Positions 26,526-38,814 of a stretch of DNA of 64,000 nt are shown here, piece after piece. The notes beneath the pieces were generated by a model, which did no database searches, was not told the DNA's origin, and saw only the letters and a program-made list of their open reading frames with translations. This DNA is from Vitrella brassicaformis CCMP3155 (taxonomy: Eukaryota; Protista; Chromerida). The position numbers and the translations under genes are program-made. How positions within the stretch are numbered: position 1 is the first letter of the stretch; every line of letters starts with the position of its first letter. The stretch is taken from positions 105,801 through 169,800 of the forward strand of contig CDMY01000200.1 of NCBI GenBank assembly GCA_001179505.1, given 5' to 3'.

Positions 26526-27996
26526 TCACTGCAGGTATGCGATCGCGAACCCCTCGATGTGCTTCTGACACACCGGGCACCGACCTCCCGCCGCCGAAGG
26601 CTGCGTCGTGATGTCAACATAGCACGACTGACACAGGCACACGTGACCCTGAAGCGAAACACATAAACATGCACACACACATTAACCGGGCAACCACAAT
26701 GTGGTCATCTTTCTGTGTGCTTACACAGGGCTTGAGCAGTACATTCTTCTCCTTGGCGAAGCACACGGAGCAGTTTAAGCCCTCCTCCCTCCCCTCTGTC
26801 TTGGCCTTCTCGATGGCATCCTTGATACGCCTCTCCGCTGACTCCTTTCGCCTGGCCTCCAGCCGCTCTTCGGTCTGGCAGACGAGGCGCTGCACGCTGA
26901 CCGCCTCGTTGGCGATGGCCGACTGCTTGTTCTTCAGCGTCTGCAAGAAACTCGCCAGGCCACTCTTGGTTTGCGTCATCGGCAGCTTAGCGGTCAAACT
27001 GCGCGCGGCGGGAAGGAAAAGAAGACGACAGATTTGTCTGACAGGGATCGGGATACGCTGACTGCCTACCTTTCGACCGTATTGCTGCGCCACGCGGTGA
27101 GCTTTCCCTCCGCCGCCTTTTTGCTGGTCTCTAGCGCCCCAATCTGTGCTCGCAGAGCGGTGATCTGCTGTTGGTAACGCTTCACCTCCGCCTGCTCATT
27201 CGTTGACACACAGCGCAGAGAGCGGGCTGGGCTGAGCAGTGCCGGAGAGCGTCAGATGTCTTATGTACCTCGAGGCGCTGGTTCTCCTGTCTCTTCTTGT
27301 CGTACTCGTGCACAACCTCACGGGACGCTCGCGTGCCAGGAGATGGAGAACCTGCAGACAGGCCGAGAAGCGACAAGCCTTTGCGTCACTGTGTGCGAGA
27401 GCGTCCCTCACCTCTGTGGCAGCAGCTGAAGCGGCCTCCTCCCGGAGTCGTCTTGCGAGGGGCTGGTCGATATACTGGCTGAGCTCCCGTTGCCGTACCT
27501 CCACGCAGGCATTGGACTGCTCAATGACGCACAATGCACAGACAAAGGGACGCGCGCGTTTCCACCGTATGGCACGTGTGTCGTCTCTGCTGACCTTGGG
27601 TTGCTTCGCACCCTTCTGTCCGCCTGCTGCGCCGTCCGCTTGGCGCTTCCTTTCATACAACGATCTTCTATCCTCCTGCAGACACGCACAACACCACACC
27701 AGCAAGGATGACCAACACAGAGAGGAGGATCGTGCCGTATCCACACGTCACGTCATGGAGGCCTTTTCCCGCACCTTGCCGCCATTCGGGCTGGCGACAG
27801 CAGCAGCAACAGCAGCAGCAGCAGCTGCAGCAGCGGGGGCAAGTGCCTGAAACAAGACATATGCAGCGGCAGATTGTGCGACTCTGTGTCGAAGTGGCAC
27901 ACACTACAGTCAGAAGCATGATCTCACCTTGCCGCTGGGACTTGCGGCCCCTGCGACAGCGCCGAGCATTGCCCTTGCGACAGCGCCGTTCAGCAT
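26526..27996 (-). CDS. Coiled-coil protein with C-terminal RING-HC finger (putative E3 ligase); start uncertain
   Basis: Spliced C-terminus CSVCFAKEKNVLLKPCGHVCLCQSCY…RCPVCQKHIEGFAIAYLQ*, preceded by heptad-rich exons. Confidence 0.85.
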
Positions 27997-28332
27997 TGGC
28001 AGCTGCAGACACACAAACGGCGAACAAGCCGCAGATCTTTAATGTGTCGCAACTCCGGCGTGTGATTAGCTCCTCTCTCCCGCACCTCACACGGCCCCTC
28101 ACAGCGCTTCACGGCGAGTCGATCCAGTGGATCGCCTGCTTTCGCCCATTTTGCCCCTTGGCCCCTGGAGGAGCTCCTGTGCGGCTTCTGTGCTTCGCCT
28201 GTAGGCTAATCACCTATCGAAATCCGACAAACCATAAGTCGGAGCGGTTTCAACGGCCTTCTTGGCCTTCTCGCCATCGCCGCGCAAGCACGGGCCTTCT
28301 CCTGGCTCCCTGCCTCATCGCCACCGACAGCC

Positions 28333-30050
28333 ATGCGGGACACCGTCCGGTGAGAACACCAAACAGCGCCATGCCATTCTTCTCACGCCGCCGTAATTGT
28401 TCATCTCGTTTCTGTGTGGTGTGGTGTGCTGCAGGTATCGGCGTGGGTATCCGGGTCAGCGTGATGGCCAGTCGACAGAGATGGTGCAGTTCTACCTCAA
28501 CCGCATCCCATCGACCCCCCGGGGCGCCAAGATAGAGGCCATACTGGCGGACTGGCGCGGCGACTACCACCTGCTGGAGAGGCACCATGGCTACATTCAG
28601 GTACCTGGCTGCGGTGCGACAGACAGACAGACAGACAGACAGCATGACGCACACTCTCACTGTCACAGCACTGCAAGTGGTTATGCTGTGTGGCTGGGTA
28701 TGGCTGTGTCTGTGTGTGGCTGGCCGTCAGTGGCTGTTCCCCATCCGCCAGAGTGGCCTGAATGATGATGCACCGCCGCTGACCAAGGTGGAGGCCGAGT
28801 ACATGGCGAAGAATGAGCAGGTCAAGGGCAGAGTGCTGCGCGCATACAAGATGATGCTAGGTCAGTCAGTCAGCCAGGCAGTCAGACGGGGAGGAGAGGG
28901 AGGACCACACACACACATGGCATGGTGGGGAGGGGCAGGGCAGGGCAGCAGCCATGCACCATGGCAGCCGCACCTTCATCTGTGCGCCGTTGGTGGTTCC
29001 TGCAGATTTCTACGGGTTTCGCCTGTGTGACGCCAGCGGTGAGGTCGAGCGCGGTGTCGAGTCGCACTACCGCCGCAGGATCAGCCACCTCAACAACTCA
29101 TTCCACAACTACCTGCGCATCACGCGAATCATCAAGTCCCTCGGCGAACTGGGCTACCAGCACTTCCAAAAGCCACTCGTCGAGACACTCATCAGCGGTG
29201 GGGGGATGGGAGGGTGGTGGGTGGGTTGTGGATGGGTCCATGAGAGTGTGCGTGTGTGTGGTGTGTGCGTGTGTGTGGTGTGTGCAGAGATCTACGAGGG
29301 TCGCCCGCCGCCTCTCCGCAACGCCGAGGAGTCGGCTGGTCGATTCTGGGTGCATGTCGTGAGGTACGATAGACACACACACACACACACAGACCACCCA
29401 GAGACCCTCACTGATTTGCGTGTGTGTGTGTGTGTGTGTGATTCTCAGGGACGAGCATGAGCGTCAGGCCATCTGCCGCATGGTCTTCCAGAAGTATCGT
29501 GAGGACATACGCGAGCCGGGGGACAGCTTCTCGCTCACAGGTATGTGCACACAGGCGGGAACACTCAGACACGTACAAACAGGCCAAACAATCCGATAGG
29601 TGATCTTGTCTTCTCCTCTGTCGTCCATCAGTAGCTGTGCCGCCCCCCCAGCCCTCCTCACTCCCCGCTCCCTCTGCGCAGCTCAACGGCGCACACGAGG
29701 CAGACACACACACGCAGACGACCGAAGAGACCATGAAGGAGGCCGCGATGCCCAAGGCCGAGCTCGCCAATGGTGTCGATCCGCAGACCAACGGAGAGAT
29801 CGGCCACCACCACCACCAGCAGAACCACGAGACGACAGACGGGCACGGACAGGGGGAGGGAGAGGGAGAGGGTGTGGGTGACGGGGGTGACCAGCCGCAG
29901 GCCAAGCGTGTGCAGCGGCATGAGCCGATGGATGTCGAGGGGGCCGAGGGGAGCATCGAGCACGGCGAGCCGCGCGCGGCTGCCGGACCGGCAGAGCCCC
30001 AGGAGAGCAAGAAGACTGTGCAGACAGACATCAGAAGGTACTTCTCGTAG
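28333..30050 (+). CDS. OGFR: OGFr (opioid growth factor receptor) conserved-domain protein with C-terminal PIP-box-like motif
   Basis: MRDTVRYRRGYP, LERHHGYIQWLFP, AYKMMLDFYG and HNYLRITRIIKSLGELG are OGFr_N hallmarks. It ends KKTVQTDIRRYFS*. An additional upstream exon is possible. Confidence 0.88.
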
Positions 30051-30283
30051 TTGTGCGTGTGTAAGGGGAGGGATGGGTTCCTGCCTGACCAATCAATTGG
30101 ATCGTGAACACGGGAGGGGTTTAGCGCTGCGGCCCGTTTTGTGGCGATTTTGACAAACGAAATGGCCGGCTGTTGATAGACAGACGTTTCGGTGTCTCTG
30201 GGACTCACACGTACACAAAACTGAATGAAATTCAGTGGTCTATTCACACCACCACGACCACCCACAGCACCTCCGGGCATCAA

Positions 30284-32310
30284 TCAGCGCACGAGGGGCA
30301 TGAAGTAGTCAGTGATCTTCTTCTGACATGGCGGGCAGAGGCCTCTCTTCTGAATGGCAACGCGACACTCGAAGCCAAGATGAGGCAGCTCCACCCACTC
30401 AAAGCTACGCACACGCAGCAAGTCCATGAACTCCACCCACTCAGCTTCGCCTCCCTCCGCTGTCTCGGCGTCAGTCGGAAACACATGGTGTGGGCAAGAT
30501 TGCATCTACCACAGGGGAACTCCCAAGACTATCTGGCTAAGATTTGGCAGCCAAGCCACTGCCTGCCCAATGGAGAGCACTGCACACTCGACGGAAAAGT
30601 CGTTGGTGTGGTCCGCCGTCACGGTGGCGGTGATGCGCGTAATGGGATCATCGACCGACCCCTCTCTCTCTTCCCCCTCCCTGCAAATGGTGAGTGTGGT
30701 GAGCGGAAGCTCCTCGCTATCCAGCCGATCCAAGCTAACATGAATCGACGGCCCCTTCCCTCGATTACCCCTCAGGAATGCAGGACAGAAACCGTCCTCA
30801 TGTGTGTCAACGTAGTAAGTGATGGTCTGCAGCTGTGTGAGCTGCCCCATGGCCGCATGCACCACTGTCTCGCCCAGCTCCTCTCCCTCAGAAAGATCGA
30901 GTGTGGTCACAGAAGGAAACAGCCGACCCATGCAATCCAAAAGCATGTCTGGCACAGGCAGCAGCTCGTCTGATCCCTCGGTAAGCTTAGTGGCACGAGG
31001 GAAGCTCAGACGGGCGACAAGCGAGTAGAAGCCCACCGAACACACCTGATGGTCACGAAGGCCACTCGGGAATGAGACCTCCGTGGCGTAAGACGCGACG
31101 AGTATCGCGGTGGTCGCACACTCATCGACGTGGCCACGCTCGTCGATGATGCGCCACAGCAGCGCAAACGGGAAGGTGAAGTCGCTGCCAGAATAGTCCT
31201 CGATCGCACCGGGCGCCAGAATCCGAGTGCGACTGTTGTGGAAACCCTGCAGAGAGCCACATTGCGCCAATTGATGTGCGCGCCAGCCATTGTGTGTGTG
31301 CGTGTGGAAGTGGACATCTGACCTGGAATTTGGCGTCGAAGCATAGCTTTGGCCCCACAATTGTGCCCCTCAGCTCGAGCAGCTGTGGTAGCGGCTCCAC
31401 CTCCTCATCCTCCCCCAGATACATGGGCATTTCGACGCCTGTCAGGCGCTTCAATGCCGGGTTCTCGCGAAGAGACTCGCGGATGACAGCATCCGCAGGG
31501 TCGGCAAACAGCCACATGTGGCGGGGCAGGGGGCGCTCGATCGTCACAGTGTGGAGGTCCGTAGAGTATGCCACCCACGCGCCCATTGGCGAGTCCCAGG
31601 AGGTGCTATGCAGGAAGGCGAAGACGTACAGGTGGTGCCTCTGCCGGCCGTGAAATACCTCCAGCGATCTGTAAGCAAACACACAATGGCACTCACTGGT
31701 GTGTTTCTGAGCACTTCCTCGCTCACCCAAGTCGCCAGTCTCGATCGAAGGCCACCTCTCCCCACGCGCCGGTCACCTTCACTGTCCGCAGCTGCGGGAA
31801 CAGCATCCCGTCGTCGGAGGAAGGGGAGCGCAGATCCACCTCGCACGAGTCCAGTGTCTCGCCCACCAGCTCCTCCAGAGTGTCCCTCGTCCCCTCCACC
31901 AGCTGTACCAGCCTCACGGTCAGCGGGCAGCGCATCGCAATGCGCTTGGTCCTGCTGAGCCGACGACGCTATGCGAGGAGCTGGTGCCGCCTCAGTGTAA
32001 ACCCCTCCTCGCTCTGCAGGTGGACCGCCTTGTGCGTGTTGGGGTGGGTGGCGAGCGTGTTGAGAGTCGGGTGGACACGGGCGAGCTTGGCGATGCAGGG
32101 AGTGCCGAGCAGGGGTGCCAGGATCTCGAATGCAAGCGCATCAGGGAGCGTGCAGAGAGGGGAGAGGACCAGCAACTGATACAGCAGCAGTCAAAGTGTC
32201 ATGAGAAAAGTAGGGAGGGATGCGTGCCTACGTGTGTGGCGCCTTCTTCTCACCTCCACTTGGAGCAGCTGCAGCAGCAGGTCGAGCTTGGCATTGGCCA
32301 ATAGGGTCGG
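30284..32310 (-). pseudogene. Orphan F-box-like/LRR-like gene with two in-frame TAG codons
   Basis: The frame continues through TAG 31969-31971 (HQLLA*RRRLSR) and TAG 30506-30508 (VPLW*MQSC). F-box-like start LCTLPDALAFEILAPLLG. The 5' end is unresolved. Confidence 0.65.
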
Positions 32311-32899
32311 CCATCGTCGTCAGGCGGACCATGGCTCCTGATCTTGGAGAGAGCGGACTGGCATACCTCATGGTGGGTATCGATGCTCTGAAGCAGGCGA
32401 AAGCAAAAAGAGAAAAAGCGTGTGCACTCACGGCAATGAATGCATTGGCACCTTGCGCAAGTGGGGGCACCCTCCATCTCGAAGAATGTAGGGCTTCTTC
32501 GACTGCTTGAGTGCCAACACATCTGACACCTGCAGGAGCCAAACAACGAGAGAAGCCAGGGGCAGAACCAGCGCATTGATCGCACCCAGCAGAGTCCTCC
32601 TTCTTTCCCTTCCTCCCCTCACCTTGTCTCGAGCTGCTCGATGGTGCTGGCCTGGTCCATCGGCCTGCGATTCATCACAAAACACAGCAGGTTTGATAAA
32701 TCTGCTTCGCCGTTCCCATGCCACATTGTGTGTGCTGACCGCATCTAGTGCAGCAGAGCAGCACTGACTCCTTCATCTATGGCAACATGGGCCCTCCTGA
32801 CGACACACCCCTCATCTGCCGTGCGGGGGACGGACCCAGCGAGGGGAAAAGAGGCAAATTTTGAACAGATCTCCAAGCTGATCGATCACTCCACCATTG

Positions 32900-33120
32900 T
32901 CCGTCCACCAGGCGAGCCCTTTGCTTGCATTCTTCTTTTTCTTCTTCTTTTGCGAGCTACCGTCGCACCATGCCGAAGGAAGGATACGACAGACGCGGTT
33001 TGAAGAGATCTATGACAGGCAGCACACGAGCAGGCAATCCCGACCGACAAAAAATGTAAAGTGATGGCGAAAAACCGACACACCCAGACCGACCCTGGCC
33101 GCCAAACAACCCAGCCGTCT
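32900..33120. repeat. Dispersed promoter-like cassette, also at ~36280-36480 and partially ~41660-41760
   Basis: The copies share the order pyrimidine tract-TGCGAGCT-AGAGATCT. Copies 1 and 2 also share CAGCACACGAGCAGGCAATCC.GACCGACAAAA…GGCGAAAAACCGACAC…GACCGACCCTGGCC. Confidence 0.75.
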
Positions 33121-33548
33121 CTAGAAGGCAGCAAAGGATGCGTTTTGAAGAAGTCGAAGACAGGAAGGCTATAAGCAGATAATCTGGGGCGACAAATGCT
33201 GAGCGTCGCGGCGAAAAACGACAGCGGCTTGGAGGGCTCCATACAACGGGATGAATCACATTAACTGAATTTCACACACAAGAGGTCATTCAGAAACACG
33301 TCCAATTGATTAAACCGGCAGTCCACCACGCAGTCAGGCAGCAGGTGAGTCATCACTGCGTTGTTCACGTGACATCTCCACATAAGTGGTGAGCACGTGA
33401 ACAGCGACGCCTCACCATCTGCCTGGTGAGCCGCGCGTGCACATACAACGGACAACACCTACATAGAGTGCGGCACGCATCGACAAGCATCCACCCCTAC
33501 ACCAAAATTCCCCCGTCTGCCTGCCACCTGCTTGCTATCTTTGGTCTC

Positions 33549-35881
33549 TCATGTGCGCGGCATCAATCTGAAGGCCTCCCTGCCGTCCCGCCCCTTGTCG
33601 ACCCACCCCAATTGCCCCCACTCGAAGGCAGCCACATCCTTGCTGAAGCCGTCGTCGATGGCCACTGCCAGCCCCCACTTTGCCGCCTCGTCCAGGATGG
33701 CCCGCCGCACCACCTCACGCAACTCCATCTTGCGGCCACCCACACCGCCCACCACAAAGCACTGCAGCTGCGGCACACGCACCACCTGGCCGCCCACATC
33801 GGCCGTCCCGCCCACCACCTCCCTGTTGCTGCTGGCCTGGTACACCGCCGACTTGACGAAGTGCTCTGCTGCCGCACACACACGGCGGGCCATGTCGGTG
33901 TGCCGCACACCGATGGCCTCACTGATGGCCTCCTGGGCGGCGTTCATGTCAAAGAGGTATGACGCGATGCGCCAGCCGAAGATGGGGGCCTCCTGCGGTC
34001 CGACGGCCAGCCAGGGGGTCAGGAGGGCCGCGAGGGAGCGGTGAGGGGCGAGAGCGGCGTTGATGGCACCCATGACGGCAGCGGGCAGCTCATTGAGCAC
34101 TCCGGCGTACTCGGTCAGCACCAACGGGCGCTGACGGCGGACCTCCTCTGTGGCTGTGGGGATGGTGCTGATGTCGGCCCCCGCCCGCAGCAGACTGCGG
34201 ATGGTCAGCTTGTAGTTGTCACACTGAGCGCGCCACTCCTCCTTGACGTGCTCGGGTGTGTTGGGGTGCTGCAGGTGTTGGGTGCGGCGATAGAGGTTGA
34301 TGGCAGCAATGGCGAGGGGCGTCCGGCCGGAGTCATGTATGTTGATCTCGGCAGCGGGCAGCTTGCGGCAGAGGTAGTCGGCCACGTGGGGAGAGGCCCA
34401 CTCTGCCGCTTCGTGCAGTGGCATCCATCCGTTGTAGTCGGCTGCCGTCATGTCGGCCCCGTTCGCCGTGATGAGATCCAGGTAGCCGACGATGAAGGAC
34501 TGGGGGTAGTGGCCGCGTGCGTTCATGGCTGCCTGGTACACCAGGCCCCAGACGTCTCGTTGGGTTGCGAAGGTGCGGTCCCGTCGGACGAGTCGCCGAT
34601 ACATCGACAGCAGCACCTGGTAGTCAGCAGGAGGGTCACGCAGGGGGCGGGGCAGCGCCATCACCATTACTGCGCCGTCTAAGACTTGTGCGTGCAGGTC
34701 GATGTCTTGACGAGCCATCAGCGGTTCGAATGCCGTCTTATTGCCGGATGCAATCGCCACTCGGAGGGGCGTCTCCCCGGTCTGATACTCTGCCGCATTG
34801 GGGTCGGCGCCTCCGTCGATGAGTGCGGTCAGGACGGCCGCCTGCAGCTCGTCAGACGACCACTGGGGCAGGGCGACGGGACGGTTATCATCATTGTTTT
34901 CGGCTTCGATGGTCGGGACGGTGTAGCCCGACTTGTTGTCGATGGCGAGATGGACCAGCGAGTAGGGAACGCCAGCCCACCCGCTGCCCTTCTGCCGCAG
35001 CCGAGGCACCACATGGGGGTCGGCACCCTGCTCGATGAGGTCGGTCGCGTTCTGCGGGGCGGAGATGGTGCGGCCGATGATGCCCAGCGTCAGCTCCTTG
35101 GTGAGGTTGTCCGTGCCGTGGGGGAATCGAGCCTCGATGTCGTTGGCTCCCCCGAAGCCGTCAGGCACCTCAACCGTGGTGGCCACCAGCACAGGATGGC
35201 CTGCAACACACACACACACAGCCACCACACGACACACACTGTGAAGGAATGTGTGTGCGGATCACATTTTCTCGCGTCTGTCTGTCTGTCTGTCTGGCGT
35301 ACCGTCCTCCTCATAGCTGTCGTCGTCCTCATAGTCGTCGTCGTCGTCGTCATCGATGCCGTCGCCCAGCCACCCGTCGTCATCACTGCCATCCTGCACA
35401 CAACAAAGAGGAACAGGGAGGAAAACCGCTGACGCTCGTCGCATGGGGCGGTTGGTGCTGTCAATGAGTGACTCACCGATTCGGATTCGCTATCAGCTGC
35501 CGCCTGTAGACCTTCTCCCTCCTCCTCGACCATCTCGCCGTCCTCCTCCTCACGCAACAAATCTGAAACGAAGGCATACCAACACATTCGTCAACAACGC
35601 GAGAATGAGTGTGCTACTGGTGTGTTGATCAGTCTGTGTGGCGTGCCGTTGACTCACCCCTGTCAGCGCCATTGTCGTCTTGCCCGTCTGGCTGCCCGCT
35701 GCCATTGTTATCCTCCTCAGCCACATCGTCTGCACACACCATCGAAGGCACACACACACGTGTGGCGCTGATGCTGTGTGTTTGATGTGTCACATTCATC
35801 TGTGTGTGGCGTACCCGCATCGCCACCGTCACCGTCCGCCATGGCAGCGGAGGCCATGCGGCTGTCGTGACCTCCAGACAT
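33549..35881 (-). CDS. Ankyrin-repeat family copy B (intact, 5 exons)
   Basis: Same exon/phase layout as copy A. ATG 35881 (MSGGHDSRMASAAMADGDGGDA). Uninterrupted main exon in ORF 33549..35237 with GETPLRVA, WMPLHEAA and GRTPLAIA repeats. Confidence 0.88.
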
Positions 35882-36501
35882 CTCACTCCAACACACACCA
35901 ACAGCTGCACCGACCACACACACAGAGAGGCGACAAGAGATGGGCAGACACCTGCTGCATGTGTCGTGTGTGTGCTCGCCCACCTAGCTATGAGTCAAAT
36001 GGTACAATGACGCTCAATCTGTCCGCCCCGTCACCAAGGCCGACCTGCACAACACGACACCGACACACAGAGGCCGCAACTCACCTGATGACTAGTGGCG
36101 AACGAATCGCATCTGCGCGTACCGTCGGGTGGCTCTCTCTTCTAAGCGCCGCGATGATTAATTCCCCAGAGAAGGCCTCCAGCGACAGAGAGGAAGGAGG
36201 CCCTTCTGTCCGAGAGAAATGTCAGAGTGATAGCCAAACGGATGGGCGGAGGGATGGACGTGACATCAGTGAGTCCCTCCCTTCGTCACTTTCATTCCCT
36301 TCCTCCTCTCTCTTTTCCTCGTCTGCGAGCTTTTCGGTGGGCCCCAGAAAAGTCGATAAAGGACCCTTTTTCAGAGATCTGAGAGACAGCACACGAGCAG
36401 GCAATCCGGACCGACAAAAGTTCAAAGTGACGGCGAAAAACCGACACGACCGACCCTGGCCACGAACAACCTAGCCTTCCTTCGTCATTTTGGTTCCCGC
36501 G

Positions 36502-37500
36502 ATGGCGCAGCCCCAGCCCGAAGGTATCAATGCGCAAATGGGTCGACGGTTACGTGCCGGGCTACGCTACGCCCTTCACGAGCATGCCCGGCTACTTCGC
36601 TTACCCGACAGGTACATGGCCCTCCCCCCTCTCCCCCTCCCCATCCCCGCACACACACACATGTCCGTGTGCGTCGATCCCATCCACCCCTGTGTGTGTG
36701 TGTGCGCATGTGTGTAGATGCTGACGAGAAGGCCAAGGTGATAAGGAAGTTGTCGAGCGCCACCGCCCCTGCCGACATCAGAGCGGCGGTGCAGGAGTAC
36801 ATCCAGCCCATTCTGCCCGTTGCCTGGGTATCCAAAGTCTGCGCCAACATGGTCATCGAATACTGCAAAGCCAAAGTAAGCCTGGATGGATGGATGGACA
36901 CAAGAGACCGAGACACATTGCGTGTGTTGGCTTCCCCCTTCCCTCCCTCAGCTGACGTCTGAGGTGCTGGTGGGTCTGGGGAGGGACCCCGCTCCCCCGG
37001 CCAAGGCCATCGCACTCGTGCAGGGGCTCTCCGCCGCCCTGCCGTCGCTCACCGAGACCGCCCCGCCCACCGACAGCAACACGCCCCTGGCCATCCTGAC
37101 ACTGCCCGCATTCCACAAGGCCATCGCCGACGTAGACATCGACGCCATCGACGAGAAGACATACACAAAGCTGCGGGACCTCCTCATGTCCGAGTAAGGA
37201 ACTAACAAAGAGGTCACTGTGGTCATTGTGTCCCAGCCTGTGTGTGCATGTTGTCACTGCAGTTCTGAGTTGGTCAACACGCCGTACCTGTACATGTATC
37301 TGCTGGCGCTGGTGTGGGTGGCGGTGATGCACCTGCACACGACCAAGTACACCAACATCCCCCTGCAGCAGGAGGCTCTGGAGCTGTCCACGGACGGCAT
37401 CGTGGGGGTGGGGCTGGAGGCGTGCTTCGCCTCACTGCCAGTGGGCGGCGGCACGGCCGACAAAGATAAGAATGGCGGCGAGGGGGAGGGGGACAAGTGA
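36502..37500 (+). CDS. Hypothetical 4-exon protein, head-to-head with ankyrin copy B; first exon ambiguous (36502 or 36530)
   Basis: Phase-consistent exons DADEKAKVIRKLSS…YCKAK | LTSEVLVG…LLMS | DSELVNTPYLYMYLLALVWVAV…GEGDK*. Confidence 0.65.
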
Positions 37501-37774
37501 GTGTCTCTCACACACACACACATCACACACGTAAGGGGCAGGGGGTATCGGGGGAGATTAGCCAGACGGACGGTAGCCTCTCGGCAGTTTTTGAATCAGA
37601 CCACCTATGTGCCCATTGCTTCAGGTGTGTGCGCTACTTGAGACACCGATCTCCACCGCATGTATGGGGGATGAATGTGTGTGTTTCTTATCTGCCTCGC
37701 CGCCCTGCCTGCCAATCGATTGCCGTGTCTTTTGTTTTGACCCATACAGAGCGACGCTGCCCGTCTGCCCGTCT

Positions 37775-37935
37775 GCCTGCCTTCTGTGTATTCCCGTCTT
37801 TTTTTGGCTGGCTAAGTCGTTCATGTGTGTGGTTTGGGGGGTGTGTGTGTGCGTGTGTGCGGACCGTTTGCCGACACTTTGGCATGGAGCTACTGGATGA
37901 ATGGAATGAAAATTGGTTGACGCACAAAGCTCACA
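37775..37935. repeat. ~160-bp segment duplicated at ~42527-42690 (right edge of a tandem segmental duplication)
   Basis: CTTCTGTGTATTCCC.TC.TTTTTGGCTGGCTAAGTCGTTCATGTGTGTGGTTTGGGG…GTTTGCCGACACTTTGGC…CTGGATGAATGGA.TGAAAATTG.TTGACGCACA is present in both. Confidence 0.85.
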
Positions 37936-38411
37936 CACGCCCAGATTGCGTGAATGTGTGGGCAATCGATGCATGCAACAAATTGAGAAGCACCGTTGAA
38001 TGCAGGCACACACACGCCATGGCCATGAATCCATCCACATATTCGTGAGCGCATCCATCAGCCATATGCACAATGTAGGCACAGCCACGAGAGAGACACA
38101 GGAGGAGTCCCTCCACACGCACAACACACACGCACACAAACTGAACACCCTCCAGCAAGCCAGCGGGCTACCGTGTCAACCAAGTCACCTACAGGCAGCA
38201 GGTGAGGCGTCACTCGTGTGAATGAGTGAATGAACACACGATGACATCTCTCCACCTGTCTGTCTGTCTGTCTGTCCATTACCCGCCCGCCCCCCTCTCT
38301 CTGCAGCAACGCTTGTGTGCCACCCCGCCGCACCAACCATCGTGCCGGCCAACCAGAAAGCAGTCGATCAGGCGGCGACAACCATCCATCAATCCTTTCT
38401 AAAGCCCCCCC

Positions 38412-38711
38412 NNNNNNNNNNNNNNNNNNNNNNNNNNNNNNNNNNNNNNNNNNNNNNNNNNNNNNNNNNNNNNNNNNNNNNNNNNNNNNNNNNNNNNNNN
38501 NNNNNNNNNNNNNNNNNNNNNNNNNNNNNNNNNNNNNNNNNNNNNNNNNNNNNNNNNNNNNNNNNNNNNNNNNNNNNNNNNNNNNNNNNNNNNNNNNNNN
38601 NNNNNNNNNNNNNNNNNNNNNNNNNNNNNNNNNNNNNNNNNNNNNNNNNNNNNNNNNNNNNNNNNNNNNNNNNNNNNNNNNNNNNNNNNNNNNNNNNNNN
38701 NNNNNNNNNNN
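38412..38711. other. Assembly gap (300 N) flanked by poly-C
   Basis: Run of N with C tracts on both sides. Confidence 0.98.
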
Positions 38712-38814
38712 CCCCCCCGCCTGTCTACCTGCCTGCCTCCCTCATTCATCTATGTCGTCCACTATTCCTCCATCACATCGTCCCCGCCGCTATCCAAATC
38801 CCCCTCAGAGTCAG

